Part shown: positions 10,693-25,041 of the stretch, piece after piece | Layout of the letters: every line of letters begins with the position of its first letter | Numbering within the stretch: the stretch's first letter is position 1 | Source: Takakia lepidozioides | Taxonomy: Eukaryota; Plantae; Bryophyta | Direction: 5' to 3' | Length of the DNA stretch: 64,000 bases | NCBI GenBank assembly: GCA_030704615.1 | Contig: CM060733.1 | Location: forward strand, 27,652,001 to 27,716,000 | Position numbers and translations under genes: made by a program | The notes under the pieces: model-generated | The model's input: the letters and a program-made list of their open reading frames with translations, nothing else | Told to the model about the DNA's origin: nothing | Database searches by the model: none

Positions 10693-12608
10693 GGGAATTT
10701 GATGTCTTGACCTTCCTAATTTTTGTATTTTCTCTCGTCCAAGTCAACATTCGTATATAATTAGCCATGTCAGTTCCGCATCACACATTTTTAGCACCAT
10801 CAATTTGTACAGTACTGCGAAGTGTTAGTTATTAGTAAGTTAAACTCTATGTTTTATTGTTTTTTTCATTGTTTTTTACGCATCATTCACAGAATATACG
10901 AATAAATGGATATCACTAAACTATAACAGTTGACAATTTTTGCAATATTACTGGTGTCCGTTTGATGACGGGAAAAAAAAGAAAAAGCACAAATATAAAC
11001 CAATAAAAAAACCAATACCTTATTAATTATTAATTATTTAAAAAAGGAAATAGGTACCACTTCATCCAGGGCCTCTGTCCCCTGTTCTGCCAAAAAAAAA
11101 AAAAACCCACGACCTTCTTCAAAAAGAGAAGAAAAAACAGGGACCTTTTTGGCAATTTCGTTTTAATTATTTAAATATATTTTCCCTTATTATTAATAAA
11201 ATTTGAGGGCCACCGTCCCCTCGTCCCCTCTTTCGAAAAATAATTTCCCTTCAATAATCTCTAATAAAACTCCCAAGGGCTACCTTCAATCCCTTTTAAA
11301 AAAAAAAACCCTTGGAAACAAAAATTAGGGGACAGTTAACAAACACTGATAGGTTCAGCTAGAAACCGACTCCTCATCGTTAGAGGGTGGATCGGTTGTT
11401 AACGGAGACTCAGAAATAGATATTAACGACCGAGGCGGTGGCAGACGGATATTCGCGTACACGGAAATGGTCGCCATCGTTCACACGGACGCGCTGTGTT
11501 CCGTTACGCACCGTTACCCCGCCCGCTACCCGCCTTCTGCTCTCTGCTCGCTCTCCTTGCCAGGCTCCATCGCTCTCTCGATCCTCACCAGCCACTCTGC
11601 AAAATCTTGTTACGTCTCCTCCTCTAAATTTGAGGAGCAGGGACTGTCTGTCGATATGCTTATCATACCTCAATTCACGTAATTTCTGTTAAGCCGTCTG
11701 CGGATGTGAGCTCTTGGACAAATTTGATGGATGCCGCGTCTCGTCTCTATGTTCGTGTTCGTTGTATTATCAGAAGAGTTATATTTCTTACGGGGATTTG
11801 TGTTTGATCCTGTAGTTTGATATGTTTTTCCGGAATTTTCTGCTGCGAAGAGGGCAATCGTGAGAAAAGATGCTTACTGGCTTGCTGTGTGGAATTCCGG
11901 AAGAAGAATCTGCTGAGGATGGTCTGATAATCTTCCAAGTGAACTGGCGATCGATTGAAGGATTCTCGGGGTGACGACTACGGTGGTAAGTTTTTCTAGG
12001 TTTTCATAGAGGCTGTCATTTTCTGGCATGGAAAATGGAGCTTCCTCCGAATTGAACTGCGCCAGTTTTCTTTGGCCTGAATGATGTTGCGAGATCATAC
12101 CAAGGGAGAGAAGGGATTCACGCAAGGGGTGTAAGAGAAATTTTATAAATTGTACATGTTTTAAGCTTCTCCGCCAAGATAGAGGTTAATGTTTCATGTG
12201 GTGTGGCTGTTTGCCGCAAAAGCTGGACCACTCAGCCCTTTGTCCTGGAATCTGTTGAGGCCCATGTAGAATTGTTCAGATTTCTTATACGACAGACGTC
12301 AAGCGTTGCACCTCTCAAGCTAGTTCCAAAGTTACAGACGGAGCAAGTTACCTAGTCATTGAACAGGGTGATCATTCTGATAGAGATGAGTCTTGGCTGT
12401 GGCAGAGTCGCAAGCCTGTAGAGGCTTCAGCTACGATCAATTTGATTCGAGGAAACAGTTTCTTATAGACCTGCGGTCAGGTTTCGTCAATATGCAAGAG
12501 TTCATTTTCGACTACTGAGAACCAGATCACCTACAAGCAGCAGAGGTTCTGGTGGGGTTTCTCATAGCTCCTAGAGCTAAATATTTGATAAGAGTGTAAC
12601 TGGATTCG

Positions 12609-15600
12609 ATGGGGAACGGGCCGAGCAGCCGGCGCAATGGCCGAATTCAACAGAGCAACGGCATGTCAGTACCCCCCCGCATGACACCCCCACCACCTGG
12701 CTACCCGGGGGCACATGCAACGGCCCCTCCTGGCACTACTAACTATCCTCTAAGTGGCCACCACATGCACTACTACTATCCCCCTAACTACAATGGAGTG
12801 ATGCCGGCCCCAATGGGAGTCCAGTACTTCCAGCAAGGTCTACTCCCCAGTAACGGACAGTATCTGATGAGCCCTCCTCCCCCAGGATACAGACCACCAG
12901 GCACTCTCCCTGCATCAGCAACACCTGGCCCCCCTCGCATTACTGATGTTGCAGAGCACCAGAAGGCCAACACAATTCAGAATGATGTCAATTTGAAAAA
13001 GGCGACTTTACGGTTGGAGAAAGATGAGGAGAATCCAGGGTTTCATCTGGTAGCCTTCTCCTTTGATGCAACTGTATCAGGCAGGTAAGCAGCTGGTGCT
13101 TTGTCTCTCTTCTCTGACCGTTTTCCTTTTCCTTCCTCCCAAACTTATGGACCACAAATGTTTCATAGCAGTATGGCTGCTGGTGTTTATGTTGGAGTTT
13201 ATACAGCTACCGATTCTCTCGTGTTTGGAATGGGGTTGGAGTGGATGCAGATTGTCAGCCTTAAGTGTTGTTATGTAATTGTTGAGGTCCGAACTGCCTC
13301 TATTATCTTGGGGTAATTGAACCCCGCTAGAGCGAGATCCTGGAGGCATTCCATGTAGCTATGTTATCATGCATTCATCTCTGCAATCACCGTTGCTACA
13401 AACCAAGGAATCCAGATGTTTAGACTAGCATGGTATAGAATGTTCTCATAAGACGTTGTTTGCCGTAGCCTTGTGGCCATAGACCCTGCCCCCAGTTTGG
13501 GCGGAACAAAAGGGAACAGATACTACCTTTGTGAGGGGCTCCCTCAGGTAGTGTGACTAACCTTGATATAAACAATTAGTGCAGGTTTTCCAGATATCCT
13601 CTAGAAAGCCCTTGACACGAGCTCAACATGAGCTGCCCGGCAATTAGACCCCAACAAGGCCAGGGCATTAGGTTCAGCCTCTTGCAGGGTGTAGAAAATG
13701 TACTGATAAGACGCTGTTTGCCGTAGCCTTGTGGCCAAAGAGCCCGTGCCCTGCCCAGTCTGGACGGAACAAAAGGGAACATAAACTACCTTTGTGAGAG
13801 GCTCAATCCGGTGGTGTGACTTACCTTGATAGATTTTACTCATAAGACGTTGTTTGCCGTAGCCTTGTGGCCATTGACCCCGCGCCCAGTTTGAGCGGGA
13901 ACAAAAGGGACAGAACCTACCTCTGTCAGGGGCTGACGTTGGTAGTAAGACTTACCTCCATAGAAAGAATTAATCCGGGTTTTCCAGATATCCTCTAGAA
14001 ATCCCTTCACACAAGCATCAATCTGCTGTGTGTGATTTGCCCAAAAACTAGGCCTCAGGAGGGCCCGGGCTTTTGGCTCAGCCTCGAGACTTTCAAAGTT
14101 GGTAAACAGGGGTACAGGCACAATTCCGTTAATAGATTTGAAGAGAGCGTCTCTTTGGTGAGAGAACCCCGGACAGTGTATCAGAAAATGAATACTGTCT
14201 TCAGATTGCCCACACAACGGGCAATTGCACTCTCCCTTTCCTCTCTGCTTCTGTTTGCTGTTCAAAGGTAGGCTTCCTGCCCTGAGTTTAAATTTCAGTC
14301 TAGTGCCGAGAGTGGGTAGACCCTTGAGGTCATCCAAGATGTCCTCCCCCATGTCACAGACTGGAAACAAGTTCAGGGAAGTTTTCTGCCTAACTTCATT
14401 TTCATCAGACAATCTCATGGCAACAGACATGGCTGAGGACATTACCTTGATAGAGACAATTAGTTAGGGTTTTCCAGATATCCTCTAGAAAGCCCTTCAC
14501 ACAAGCATCAACTTGCTGTGTGTGAGCAGCCCAAAAGTTAGATCGCAACAGGGCCAGTGCTTTAGGCTCAGCCTCAAGATTTTGAAAGTTGGTGAACAGA
14601 GGTGGACGGACAATTTTCTTGATCGTCCTGAAGAGGTCACTCTCTGGTGAGAATTTCCCGGCCAATGTATCAGAAAATGGAAATTAACTTCAGGCTGCCC
14701 GCACAGTGGGCCATTACAATCTCCTCTTTCCCTCTGCTTATTGTTCAAAGGTAGGTTTCCTGCCTTGAGTTCAAATGTCAGTCTATGCCGAGGGTAGGTA
14801 GGCCCTGGGGATCATCCTTAAGGTCCTCGCCCATTTCAAAGACTGGAAACAAGTTCAGGGAAGTTCTATGCCTAACTTCATTTACATCGGACCGTCTTTG
14901 GGCATCAGACGTGGCTTTTGACACAACTCCCTCCAGGTCAGCTTATCCAGTAGGGTCAATTCTTCTGGACAAATATTCAGATACTTGGAAATCTCTTCCG
15001 CCCTTTCCACCAAGACTTAGCCTGTTTAACAGGACGGTCTTGCTTCCAAGAAATGGCACCGATTATCTTAGGGTATCTGGTATCAGGCATGCGATTCAAC
15101 TGACCCCACACATCAAGAGCTTAAGGGAGGTATGCCAAACTTGCCACGAACAGCCACATTAGCTGTTCTAGTATAAGCCAACGTACTTTCTTTGCGCACC
15201 GTGACCTGAATGGATTCTAGAGATTTAGCGTGGTTGGACAGCTGATGCGTACTCCAAGGCTGGCCTAATAATGTTGCAAATTATGGTCCTTCTAACTTCA
15301 GTATTAATCCCTCTGCAGGGGAAAAATTTAGTGAGACCCAAAGCTTTGCATTTTGCTGGTTGAATCACTTTTTGTATATGTGCATCCCAGTTACAGTTGG
15401 AGGAAAACTCAACACCAATATATGTGTAGGAAGGGAGTACAGGGATCTCTTCGGCCCCCATTTGCATTGCACTGTATAGACTCGGGTGTTAAAGAGGCAG
15501 GCATTAGAAGAGAGCTCAATTTTCATATTTTCTAAAATAATTCCTGGCCCTCCCAAGTCCTGTATATTATCACCTCCAATTAGTACTCTCCTGTCAAGGC

Positions 15601-17599
15601 AAACCAGGTGTGGTTCTGGAGTATTGGAGAGTGATTTGAACAGAGGTGTCCAAGGAGGAGATTCAAACAGAATGCTGTAAACCAAAGCACAGATGAGATC
15701 TTCATTTCTTCTCAGTTAGAATTGATCACAGTCTCTGAACCTCGCTATAATGTGCTGAAGGGCATTTCTCTAGTCATGGCCATCCTTTGGCTTGACGTTT
15801 GGAGATGTGCTTTGGTGAAGATAAAGTAAGTTCCACAGTCCGGACATCCCTTCAGCAATTGTAGGCGCTTCTTTGTGTCCCTTCTCATCCCTCCTCCTGT
15901 CTATCAGTTCTCTTTCATCCAAACTACGCACTCTGTGTAGGGGAGCTGGGAGTTGGATTGGAATGTGTGTTGTCCATCTTCCTACCTAGCAAGGAGGCTA
16001 GGGACTCACTGGAAACATGATTTTATTCTCCACTGGCAGTGCTGCAGGTACCAGATGTGGTTCATCCCTCAGTATCTGTACCTTGTCTTGTGTGAGATGT
16101 GCGAGGGATTGTTACAATTAGCTCACAGTTGTATTCTGGTATGGCACAGGAAGTGATGTATCAACTTCATGTTACAGGACTCTATGAGCAATCATGCTAA
16201 TTTTGTTCTGATGAAGTGGTGTTTGATGTCTGGGTACAGTATTTGCATTTTTTTCCTAGCGAAAGAGGGCATAAATTGCAGCCTGACCCCGCTGAAGCCC
16301 CATGTCTACAAGCCAATTCGCATCACTTTTGAGAAAGGTTTGGGCCAAAAGTTTCGGCAGGCACCAGGGACCGGTGTGAACCTCTCACTGTTTGATGAGA
16401 AGGAGTTGGGGAAAGAAGGTCCGGATAACTTGTTTCCATTGGTGGTTCGGACAGAGACTGTTCCCAAGAAACCCTCTCCTGATGCCCACCCAAGGGAGAA
16501 TGAACCTCTAGGGGCGCCATTGCCGAAGTGGGTTCACTCACAGACCACACAGGCAGTTGTTGAGAAGAGGGAGGATGGGGCCTATCGGGTACGTGTGGTG
16601 AAGCAAATCATATGGGTGGAGGGCGTTCGGTATGAGTTACAGGAGATTTATGGGATTGAAAACAGTGGTGGGAGTGGGGCTTTTGAGGGCGGTGATTCAG
16701 GGAAAGAGTGTGTCATCTGTATGTCGGAACCCCGGGACACTACAGTGCTGCCCTGCCGACACATGGTATGATCTTATTCTGTTATTCCCTTCCTCTTGTA
16801 GAATGGAGTGACTGGAACATTCATAATTATGTACGTTTAGCAGTGGCCTTGCCAGAATAACTGAGCTGTCTCATGGAATTCTACCTCCATTCATGACTTG
16901 TCTATTTCGAACTGCCACTTTCTTTTGCACTGTATGGTGGAATCTTTGACATGTTGAGAGCATCAATAGATCTGAGTGTAGTGGTTATAAAAATTCAGGA
17001 AGCTAGAAGTGCAGGAATTCTGGCACTATGAATTTTAGTGAACCTTTGGGGGTTTTAGAGTGTCAATTAGGTCTTTTTGAATGGAAGAGTTAAATGTTTT
17101 TGTCATTGATTGGGTTGCTCCTGAAAACTAGGGCAATTTTTCTGCTGGCTAATTGTGGGTGGAAGTTTATACTTGGTGTGTGTTGGAAGTTGTAGCTTGT
17201 GCATTTAGGGATCTCTAGATGAGGAAAGGGGAGGAGAGGGGAGAGCGCCCAGAGGGAGGGAGTGATTTTTTCTGTGCGTATACTTTGGGATGTTATATCC
17301 TGACATGAATATGCCCCATGTTGGATTTTCAGTGTATGTGCAGTGAGTGTGCCAAGGTGCTGAGGTTTCAGACCAACCGCTGCCCAATATGCCGATGTCC
17401 TGTTGAGCGTCTGCTAGAGATCAAAGTGCCAAAGAATGATTTGATTGACCAGGCCAGCAGGGTGGAGTCTAGTAGTTTTCGGTCAGCTTCTGGCCGATCT
17501 CCCGTTGAGCGTCTGCTAGAGATCAAAGTGCCCAAGAATGAGTTGATCGATAAGGTGGAGTCTGGTAGTTTTCACTCTTCTGGTCAAGGTACTAGCTGA
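12609..17599 (+). CDS. LOG2: RING-HC E3 ubiquitin ligase of the LOG2/LUL (MGRN1-like) family; exons 12609-13084, 16240-16765, 17333-17599
   Basis: N-myristoylation-type start MGNGPSS, Pro-rich region, DAR2 domain ([22 protein letters not shown]...[23 protein letters not shown]), [23 protein letters not shown]|[21 protein letters not shown]; canonical GT-AG junctions keep frame. Confidence 0.95.
13448..15490 (-). mobile_element. Array of 5'-truncated non-LTR retrotransposon (RTEX-like LINE) copies in LOG2 intron 1
   Basis: RT-thumb-like [16 protein letters not shown]...[19 protein letters not shown] motif, C-terminal [18 protein letters not shown] zinc finger (ORF 13840-14442); 3' end GCCACAAGGCTACGGCAAACA(A/G)CGTCTTAT repeated at ~13448, ~13706, ~13841. 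Confidence 0.85.
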
Positions 17600-18964
17600 G
17601 GATGCACCAGAGCTCTGGCATGGAGCAACAAGACTTTCTTTTTCCTGTTAAGTTGGGTCTGCATGGTTGTGTGGGTGCTTGAATAGAATGGAAAATGTGG
17701 AATAAAGTGAAAACAAGAGAAGACTGTAGGGGAGGTTGGGGGTTTAAATCTCTTCGTAGCACCTGAGTTGACCAAGGAATTGCCACAGGCTATGGTTGAA
17801 GGGGGGCACCTAAGATTTTCTGCTGCGGAGACTGTAGGTAGAAGTAATTTACAGCAAGAGGCATGGTTGTGTGGAGCTCTTGATTGCTCAAGAGAGTGTT
17901 GACTAAGTGTAATTTGTCCTTTGAGACACTGGGGGCACAAGTTCACTGTCTGTGATTCTGTGGTATGAACAGAGAACTTGTTGAGTGGAAAAGCCTTTCC
18001 CCAGTTATGCAGAAGGCTAGACTGTCAGTAGTGATCGATTTAAGATTGGCAAGTGCTCGGCCATCACGGAAGACCCAGCAGCGTGGTGTTCATCGACTCT
18101 GCATTTATCTGAAAGATATGGACAGATACTGAGTAGTAGAATAAGAAACAAAAATCAAAACTTTATGATCTGTTAACTGTAGTTTTGAAGGACTTGCCAG
18201 GTAGCATTGAAGAGCATTGCTCATACGTAAATCCAAAATCTGATTCATGATCTTCTGGGGTTTTGCATCTTTATGTCCAGCTGGCAATGTTGTTTGCCGT
18301 AAGCAGTGTACTTTTTCCCAAAACATACAGCAGCTATCTTGCACAGTTTCACATCTTAAAGTATAAGTGTAATGCATATGTTCCATGCCACCTAGAAGAA
18401 ATGTGCAGTATGTAACATGAAGCGGTGTTTGTCTTGATGCTTTAACTCTTACTGGTAGTGTTCTTCACACCCAGACCATCATACTGAAGTAGTCACAACC
18501 GGCTCATTGTAACCTCCAGTGTCAATGATATTGCATATGTCACAGTTTAGTTAATCAGGCTGACACCTCGTATGAAAACATGCACTGCATTTCTTATGCA
18601 ACAACTGACTTGTGTTTTCTTATAATAAAATGGTGGCATGAGTGCAGATCATGTCAATTCAAGCTTATGAACTACATACACATTTACTAGCTTGAAGTGT
18701 CTACCTTGCACTTGCACATGACAGAGTATATTACTTGACAGGCATTGATAACTATGATGGTTGGCTGCCATCGAGATTAGTGCCATGGCAGGAGCAGAGC
18801 TGCACATCTCAACCTGCCTAATTGCGTATCTTCTAGCTGATGCAGATCAGAGCATCCTGAAGAATTGCATCAGAACTGTATTAGTACTACATGAGCTTAT
18901 ATGATTATTGAGCACTGCCTACCGAACATTTTCAGTTTAAGAAGTCCAATGCAACAAAGCTCCC

Positions 18965-21900
18965 TTAATTGGTATCAACGCTTCCAGTGGTATCTCCATC
19001 TAAAGGAAATCGCAGAGAAGTGTTGTCCATCTGCCGCCATTGTTGCTTAAGCTCATCGATGGCTCTGCATGCTGCAGCAGCCACTGCAGGGTTGCTGTCA
19101 TCTGCTAGTCTCTGTCCACCCCAAACACTTTGATACTTAGAAAGAGTACATGGGAAGAACCCTATTTCAGAAAGAAGGAAGCCAAGTAATTTCAGGACCA
19201 AATTGCAGTTTTGTCCTTCACATATATGATTCAAAAAATGATCCCTTCATTAGGGGTTTGACGTAAGCTTCTAGTGTCCCCAAACATATCCCCCTGGTGT
19301 TGTGGGATGAGATACCAAATCCACCTATCTTCTAAGTGCTACTTGTCTTTAAGAAAGAGCAGAGATATCCACTCCTTTTTGCCAAATATAAGTACCTGTA
19401 GAGCACCCATGCCGGCATTGCCAAGTGTCCACATAGATGGGGCATCTGCTAGTGCATCTGCCAATGCACGCCTATGCCACAGGAAAAGCACCCAAGGCAA
19501 AATAAGACACTCTTCAAGGTTAGAGCTCATGGTACTGAAAGCGCATTTGTTCTGGGAAGATAAATACATACTGCACCAATTTAGTTGTTCATGCAAAGTC
19601 CCCTCTCTGCAAGCAATTTCCACCGCACAGTTTCCATCTGCAATGTAGTACATTTCACATGGCAGTTGAATGACAGTAGGCACATCCAGCATCCCAATGA
19701 TACTATGTGTATAATATACACATCACACATGTACACAAATGTGTGATGCGTATTCATCCCATTCAGAATTCAATCCTTTATACAGACAGCACAGTCTAAT
19801 GAGTGAAAGTCCTCAGCAAATTGAACAGGCTGGATATATACCGAGTGGCAACATCAGGGGAGCTGGCACACTTGGCCACCAATGACGCCCCACCGCTACC
19901 ATCCACCTCCTCCATGTCCAACAATGCTGCAACTATGAATTCCAGCTGCATATCCACACAATGTGTAGCCAGAAAATTTGAATAAGGGAAGGACTGGATT
20001 GAGTATGCTCCTGTCTCTACATCCCCGAGATACTACGGACAAGTCTGAGTATTTCCTACGTATGACACTTGGTGTTCACACCTGAGCTAATGATATGCAC
20101 CAAAATCAGAACAACCCCTACCAACTCAAACCAACCATCTGCCAAGCCTTTGTGCTTGTGACTTACTTCTTCTGCCTTTCCACAACCCTTTATCTGCATG
20201 TTTATGTCCATCTAAAGACCTAACCTCAAAGGAAAATCAAGGAAGTGATCACTCAACTGAACCAAAGAGAGAACGCAAATAAGAGAGGAGAGCGCACAAG
20301 GTTCCCTCTACTACAATGACTACAGGGTTCAATATGTGTACATGGTATAGCTGCAACATGTCACTTTGTCTATGCTAGAGTACATGTGAGCACATTTACA
20401 TTCCTGATGAAAGGAAGACAGGGACCACCTCATCGGGATCAGTGCAATCTTTGCTGTCCACCTCCGCAAGGGCAGATGCCATGCTCCAGTATGCATCCTG
20501 TAACCAAGCTGTACTGTCAAACCAGTTGCCCAGAAAAGAACAAAAAGAAAAGCAGGACACCCAGTGTTGTCTCTCTGTGTACTTTGGGTACTCTTCCTGG
20601 AGCAGTTATGGCTACCTGAGCAATTTACTGAAGCAGTAACCCACTTGCAAGTTTTGGCAAACTTTCACATGGATTATGCTCATGACATCCTTGATCACTA
20701 GAATGGATCCAAGTTGGAAAGCTTCACTAAATTCAGAGAATTCCTTGCTACAATGGAGAGTCACTGAGTTTGATAGTCACTTTCCACAAAAGTGTACATG
20801 CGGGGTGCAATCATACACGTTTAATTAATGCAGACCCCCAGGTAATGAGGGACATTTGACCATGGGCCTTCAGGGTACTGTACAACGATACATGCTATCG
20901 GCTAAGTTCATCCAGACCAGACATGCCGTAAGATGGACTATAAGGCTATGTTGATGTAATCAGCCAAGAAAAGCTTTGGTGTCCCTATACCAAATGAGAC
21001 ACACACAAACAGAAACGATTCGAGGGAGAGAGACACCACAAGGAGAAAATGTGAGGATGATCAGGGAACAGCCAAGGGAACCTCAAGTGCAGTCAGACGA
21101 TCAAGCATCTTATTACTGCCTTCCAACAGCTGCCTCAAACCCCAGTTGTCTTCTCCAACTGTCGTCTCCAATATGGCTCTCTCAGCCTCTGGCACCACCT
21201 CGTTCGTCCTGTGAGCATGCTGATCAGAGGTTGCTTTTGGGTTGCACAGCACCAAGCTCTGGTGACTGGTTGCATATGGAGGGTTTGAGTTTTCAAATAA
21301 CTTCAGCTTGAGCATCTATTTCATTCATGTTCCAACAACTTGCTTCAGGTATGGGTTAACTCCCAATCATGTTCATTACTGCAAACTCGAATCAGTGACT
21401 TCCATTATTAGGCTACAAGTTCAAAAAATAGAATGGAAGTGCTCCATGTCACCAATACCAATGCACTCAGACTTACGACAAGTAGTGATACCTCACCTTA
21501 AACACAATGAGCTAACCAATCCACTTTGTACAGTCTTGACAACCTGCCACAGTAAAAACAAGCATGTTAGACAGCAAAGTTGACTTCAAATAGACAAGGT
21601 CTCAGTGCATGTAACAGGAGCGCTAGTGAGGCATTAAAATTTAGAGAAACAACATCTCCACTCAATTATAACTGCTTTCTTATTGAAAAAATTCTGACTG
21701 ATGCATAAGAACATAACCACTAGACATGATTTTCTATGGAAGTGCCCTCTAAATTACACATGCCGCTATGTATTTACTCTAAAAACGAAAGGGCAAGACC
21801 CCAGGTCCGTGTCTCTCTTTCTCTCAGTCTTCCTGTATAAACTATGGTCACGCCTCAGAGGTTGCGCAGGAATTCTCAGGTTATGTAAGGCCCCTTTGCG

Positions 21901-23804
21901 AAATTAGACATATATTGACAGACTATTCTGACTATTTGATACATGATACGACACCCACAGCACACTCTGATACTTCGCTTGAAAAAAGTACCTGAAGAGC
22001 AACATATACATCTTCCATAGCACGCCGGCGAGCACGAACGTCTGCCAACCGCAGATCAGCCTGGTACAAAAAAGAGGGAGGGACGGACTGATTAAGTGGT
22101 GATGCCTTGTCTGGACACAGGATAGATCTAAGCCTTGTTTTTGTATTACCAGTCATACGGTACAGCACACTTCATACCATCCTACAGCAAACCAGCTTAC
22201 ACCACCATGAGTCACACCATCCAGCAAAGAACATCAAGAGTGAACTTGCTAGTGACAAGGGAAAGTGGGGAAGCGGCCATACATCCAGAGCCCCATCACT
22301 CCAATGTTCTTCTGCGGCATTCCTGAGCTCCATACGTGCACACTCATTCAAACCCTGCCCCCAACTTGCATGATATTTGTGATGATACAATTGAGGTCTT
22401 AAACATTCAGGCTGACACTATAATGGCTTCCATTGCTTGAACACTCATGAACACCGTTAACCACCATATGGCCAACAAAAAAAATTAAGAAACAAACAAT
22501 GGTAGTCGACTACCTTTCCAAGTCTCATGCATAACATGGTATGGCATAACAGTTGTGCCTTGTCACTAACATTAAAGCCGAAGAATCAGGAAAGGAGACA
22601 GAGGCTGACCAAAGCAATGTAGCGTAGACGAGTCATCTTCTTGCGCGCCCGCATATCAAGCTTCTCTACGTCTTTTCTTGCTCGGGCTGTCATATCAGTA
22701 AGGAGAAGATCCAACTGTAGTGTCAGCAGCAAAACAAGAGTTGGACTTCAGTTTTAAGCACCTGATAGAAAATTGTTAAAACACATTTGTAGCCATTATA
22801 TTGGAGCTGCAACTCTCTTGCACAGGTACAGCACAACTGACCACCTGGTTCTCACTGGTTTGAATACATTTCTCCCAACATATAACAAGTGGACCAACAA
22901 AGGGACAAGTGGACCAACAAAGGGTTCAGTCAGCTCTGAAGTTACAGGGCAGCCCTCTCCCATCCAGGTCCAGTCCTAAGTAGCTTTTGGCTAGCTTAGC
23001 TGATTGCATATGTCAAAACTGTACCAGAAATAGGTCTAAGGAAGAAAGGGAGGCATGCCGAAAGAGCCTCGGACCACGACAGGCAGACATCTATTAGAGG
23101 TTCAAAACATAAATCAGAACTTGCCAAATTTGAAGAAGTCAGAAAGTGCACATACCATCTAGCCTCAAAAAACCTGAGCCCAACAAGGCCACACCCTCTC
23201 GAGCCCGCATATCCATCCGAGAGATTTTCCTGCACCACATAAATTCAGGGACAATATTCCATGACTAAGCCCAAGTCACTCACTAAAGCCAGAATGGATT
23301 GGGACGGCATAACTTAGAAAATCAAATTACCATATATGACAGTTGAGCGAGACAGAGAGAGACAGAGGGAGAGAGTGCGCACTGTGCCAGGAGGAAAACA
23401 TCACTGCGGGCTCGCTCATCCAAGTTGTGAGCCACTGCACTAACGAGCATCGCATCGTTCAGTGCATATCTTGCAGCTTCTGCTAGTCCTCCGCAAGATT
23501 TCTCCGAAGATTTCAGCAGCAGACAGTGTTGCCCCTCCCTGCCAACAGAGCTCTTGCGCACTTCTGTACACTTGAAGTCCTTTCCACAGGCGTAGGGAAT
23601 TTGACTAGAAGTTTTTGGCTTGTATACCCAGTAGTTTCCGCACTTCGCATCCAACGTTCCAGTCTCCATCTCCCGAAACAACGAATTTGAGGAAGAAAGC
23701 TCCTCGACTTTGCATATGGAGATTCTCGTCCAATGCCAGGTGTAACTACTTCTTACTGGATTATATGGCGAGCACGTCATGGTAGATGACCTCGGGGTCG
23801 ACAT
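18965..23804 (-). CDS. AAF: Senescence-associated chloroplast protein AAF/SPA15/OSA15 homolog, about 11 exons
   Basis: Spliced reading gives ...RMDMRAREGVALLGSGFLRLDARARKDVEKLD...NAAEEHWSDGALD|ADLRLADVRARRRAMED...DAYWSMASALAEVDSKDCTDPDE|LEFIVAALLDMEEVDG...CASSPDVATR|RALADALADAPSMWTLGNAGMGALQ|RLADDSNPAVAAAACRAIDELKQQW, matching this family; Ser/Thr-rich transit-peptide-like N-terminus. Confidence 0.9.
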
Positions 23805-25041
23805 GGCAGCAGCTGAAGATCAAACACTCGTCACTGGAGAGGACCTGCACTATGGTGTCTCTTACCTCGATACACCAAGTCAGTCCTCCCTGCTGATGTC
23901 AGGCCCAGCACAATTTAAGTCTAATTGAAGGGAAGCAGCTGCATCATTCGCCTTTCAGAAAACGCATTCTGCTACATTGTTGGTTGAGCGACTCTTGAGT
24001 AACGGAGAAGCACTTGTACCAAAAATGAACCAAAACCCATGAGATTCTTACGGAGTAGATCAAGCTCCCAGCTTCAGCTCTGCGAATCAGTACTAGCAAC
24101 CTTCATCACAACCACCTGTCCCACACTTGCATCCTCGACATTCCGCTGAGACGATGGCAGAGCTCCGCTTCACATCCGTGAGTTTAACAAGCCCTCCACG
24201 GCACCCCCAAATTTAGTTGGAAGGAGAGAGAGAGCGAGCAAGCAAGCAAGCATGACCTCCACCGTCGATTTCTTAGATATCAACTGCCACAACCCAACTT
24301 TTCTCCAGCAATGAGAATCTCTTATTGGCGCCTTGCTAAAAAGGCCAGCCTCAGGATCCGGGCCCACTTGGGTTTTCTCTCACTTCAATTTCTCAAACTT
24401 GGTGTAACGTTTTCGACCACTGAGAGAATCATTGCACCATCCAATTTCTTGTTGCACAAAACAGGCCAGCCCACCGCCAAAGATTCACACTCCGACACCT
24501 GTGCCAAGATTCACACATCCACGCATGCTCGAGCTTTTCACAATCCCAATGCAACCCTGCGGAGTGCAAGGCCAAGAAGTGCGCGCATGTCTGCTACATC
24601 TTCCCACGCACCGATTGTGTGTTCTGTTCTGGCGGGATGTAAAGACTTAGCATATACTTTGACGTGTGCAGCAATCTTGGAATATCTCATCTTCCATCAG
24701 ACTGTTGCTCTGTTTGCGGGAGAATGTCAACGATCAACCCTAAAAGCTAACTATGGTAAAGGCTTTCAAGCCTCCAGCGCAGCACGACGCACGCTCGTGG
24801 ATCTTGTCTTCTCCGTTCTTTCTCTGTCTCCACCGTGTCTGTGGGTCGCACAACTCTCTCGCCTTTTGTTGCTCTCGGGTGTTCTTCAAATTCCCTCTCC
24901 TGAGTCCTTTTCCCCCGTATTCTTGGGCAGTCATTCTTTCCATCTCCTAAAGTCGTTGTACGGGGCTGCATCTCCTTGGTCTGGTAGAGGTCAGGCTTGA
25001 CATCGTATTTGATTTTTGGAGGGTTTTGGGGGTAGGTGCTC

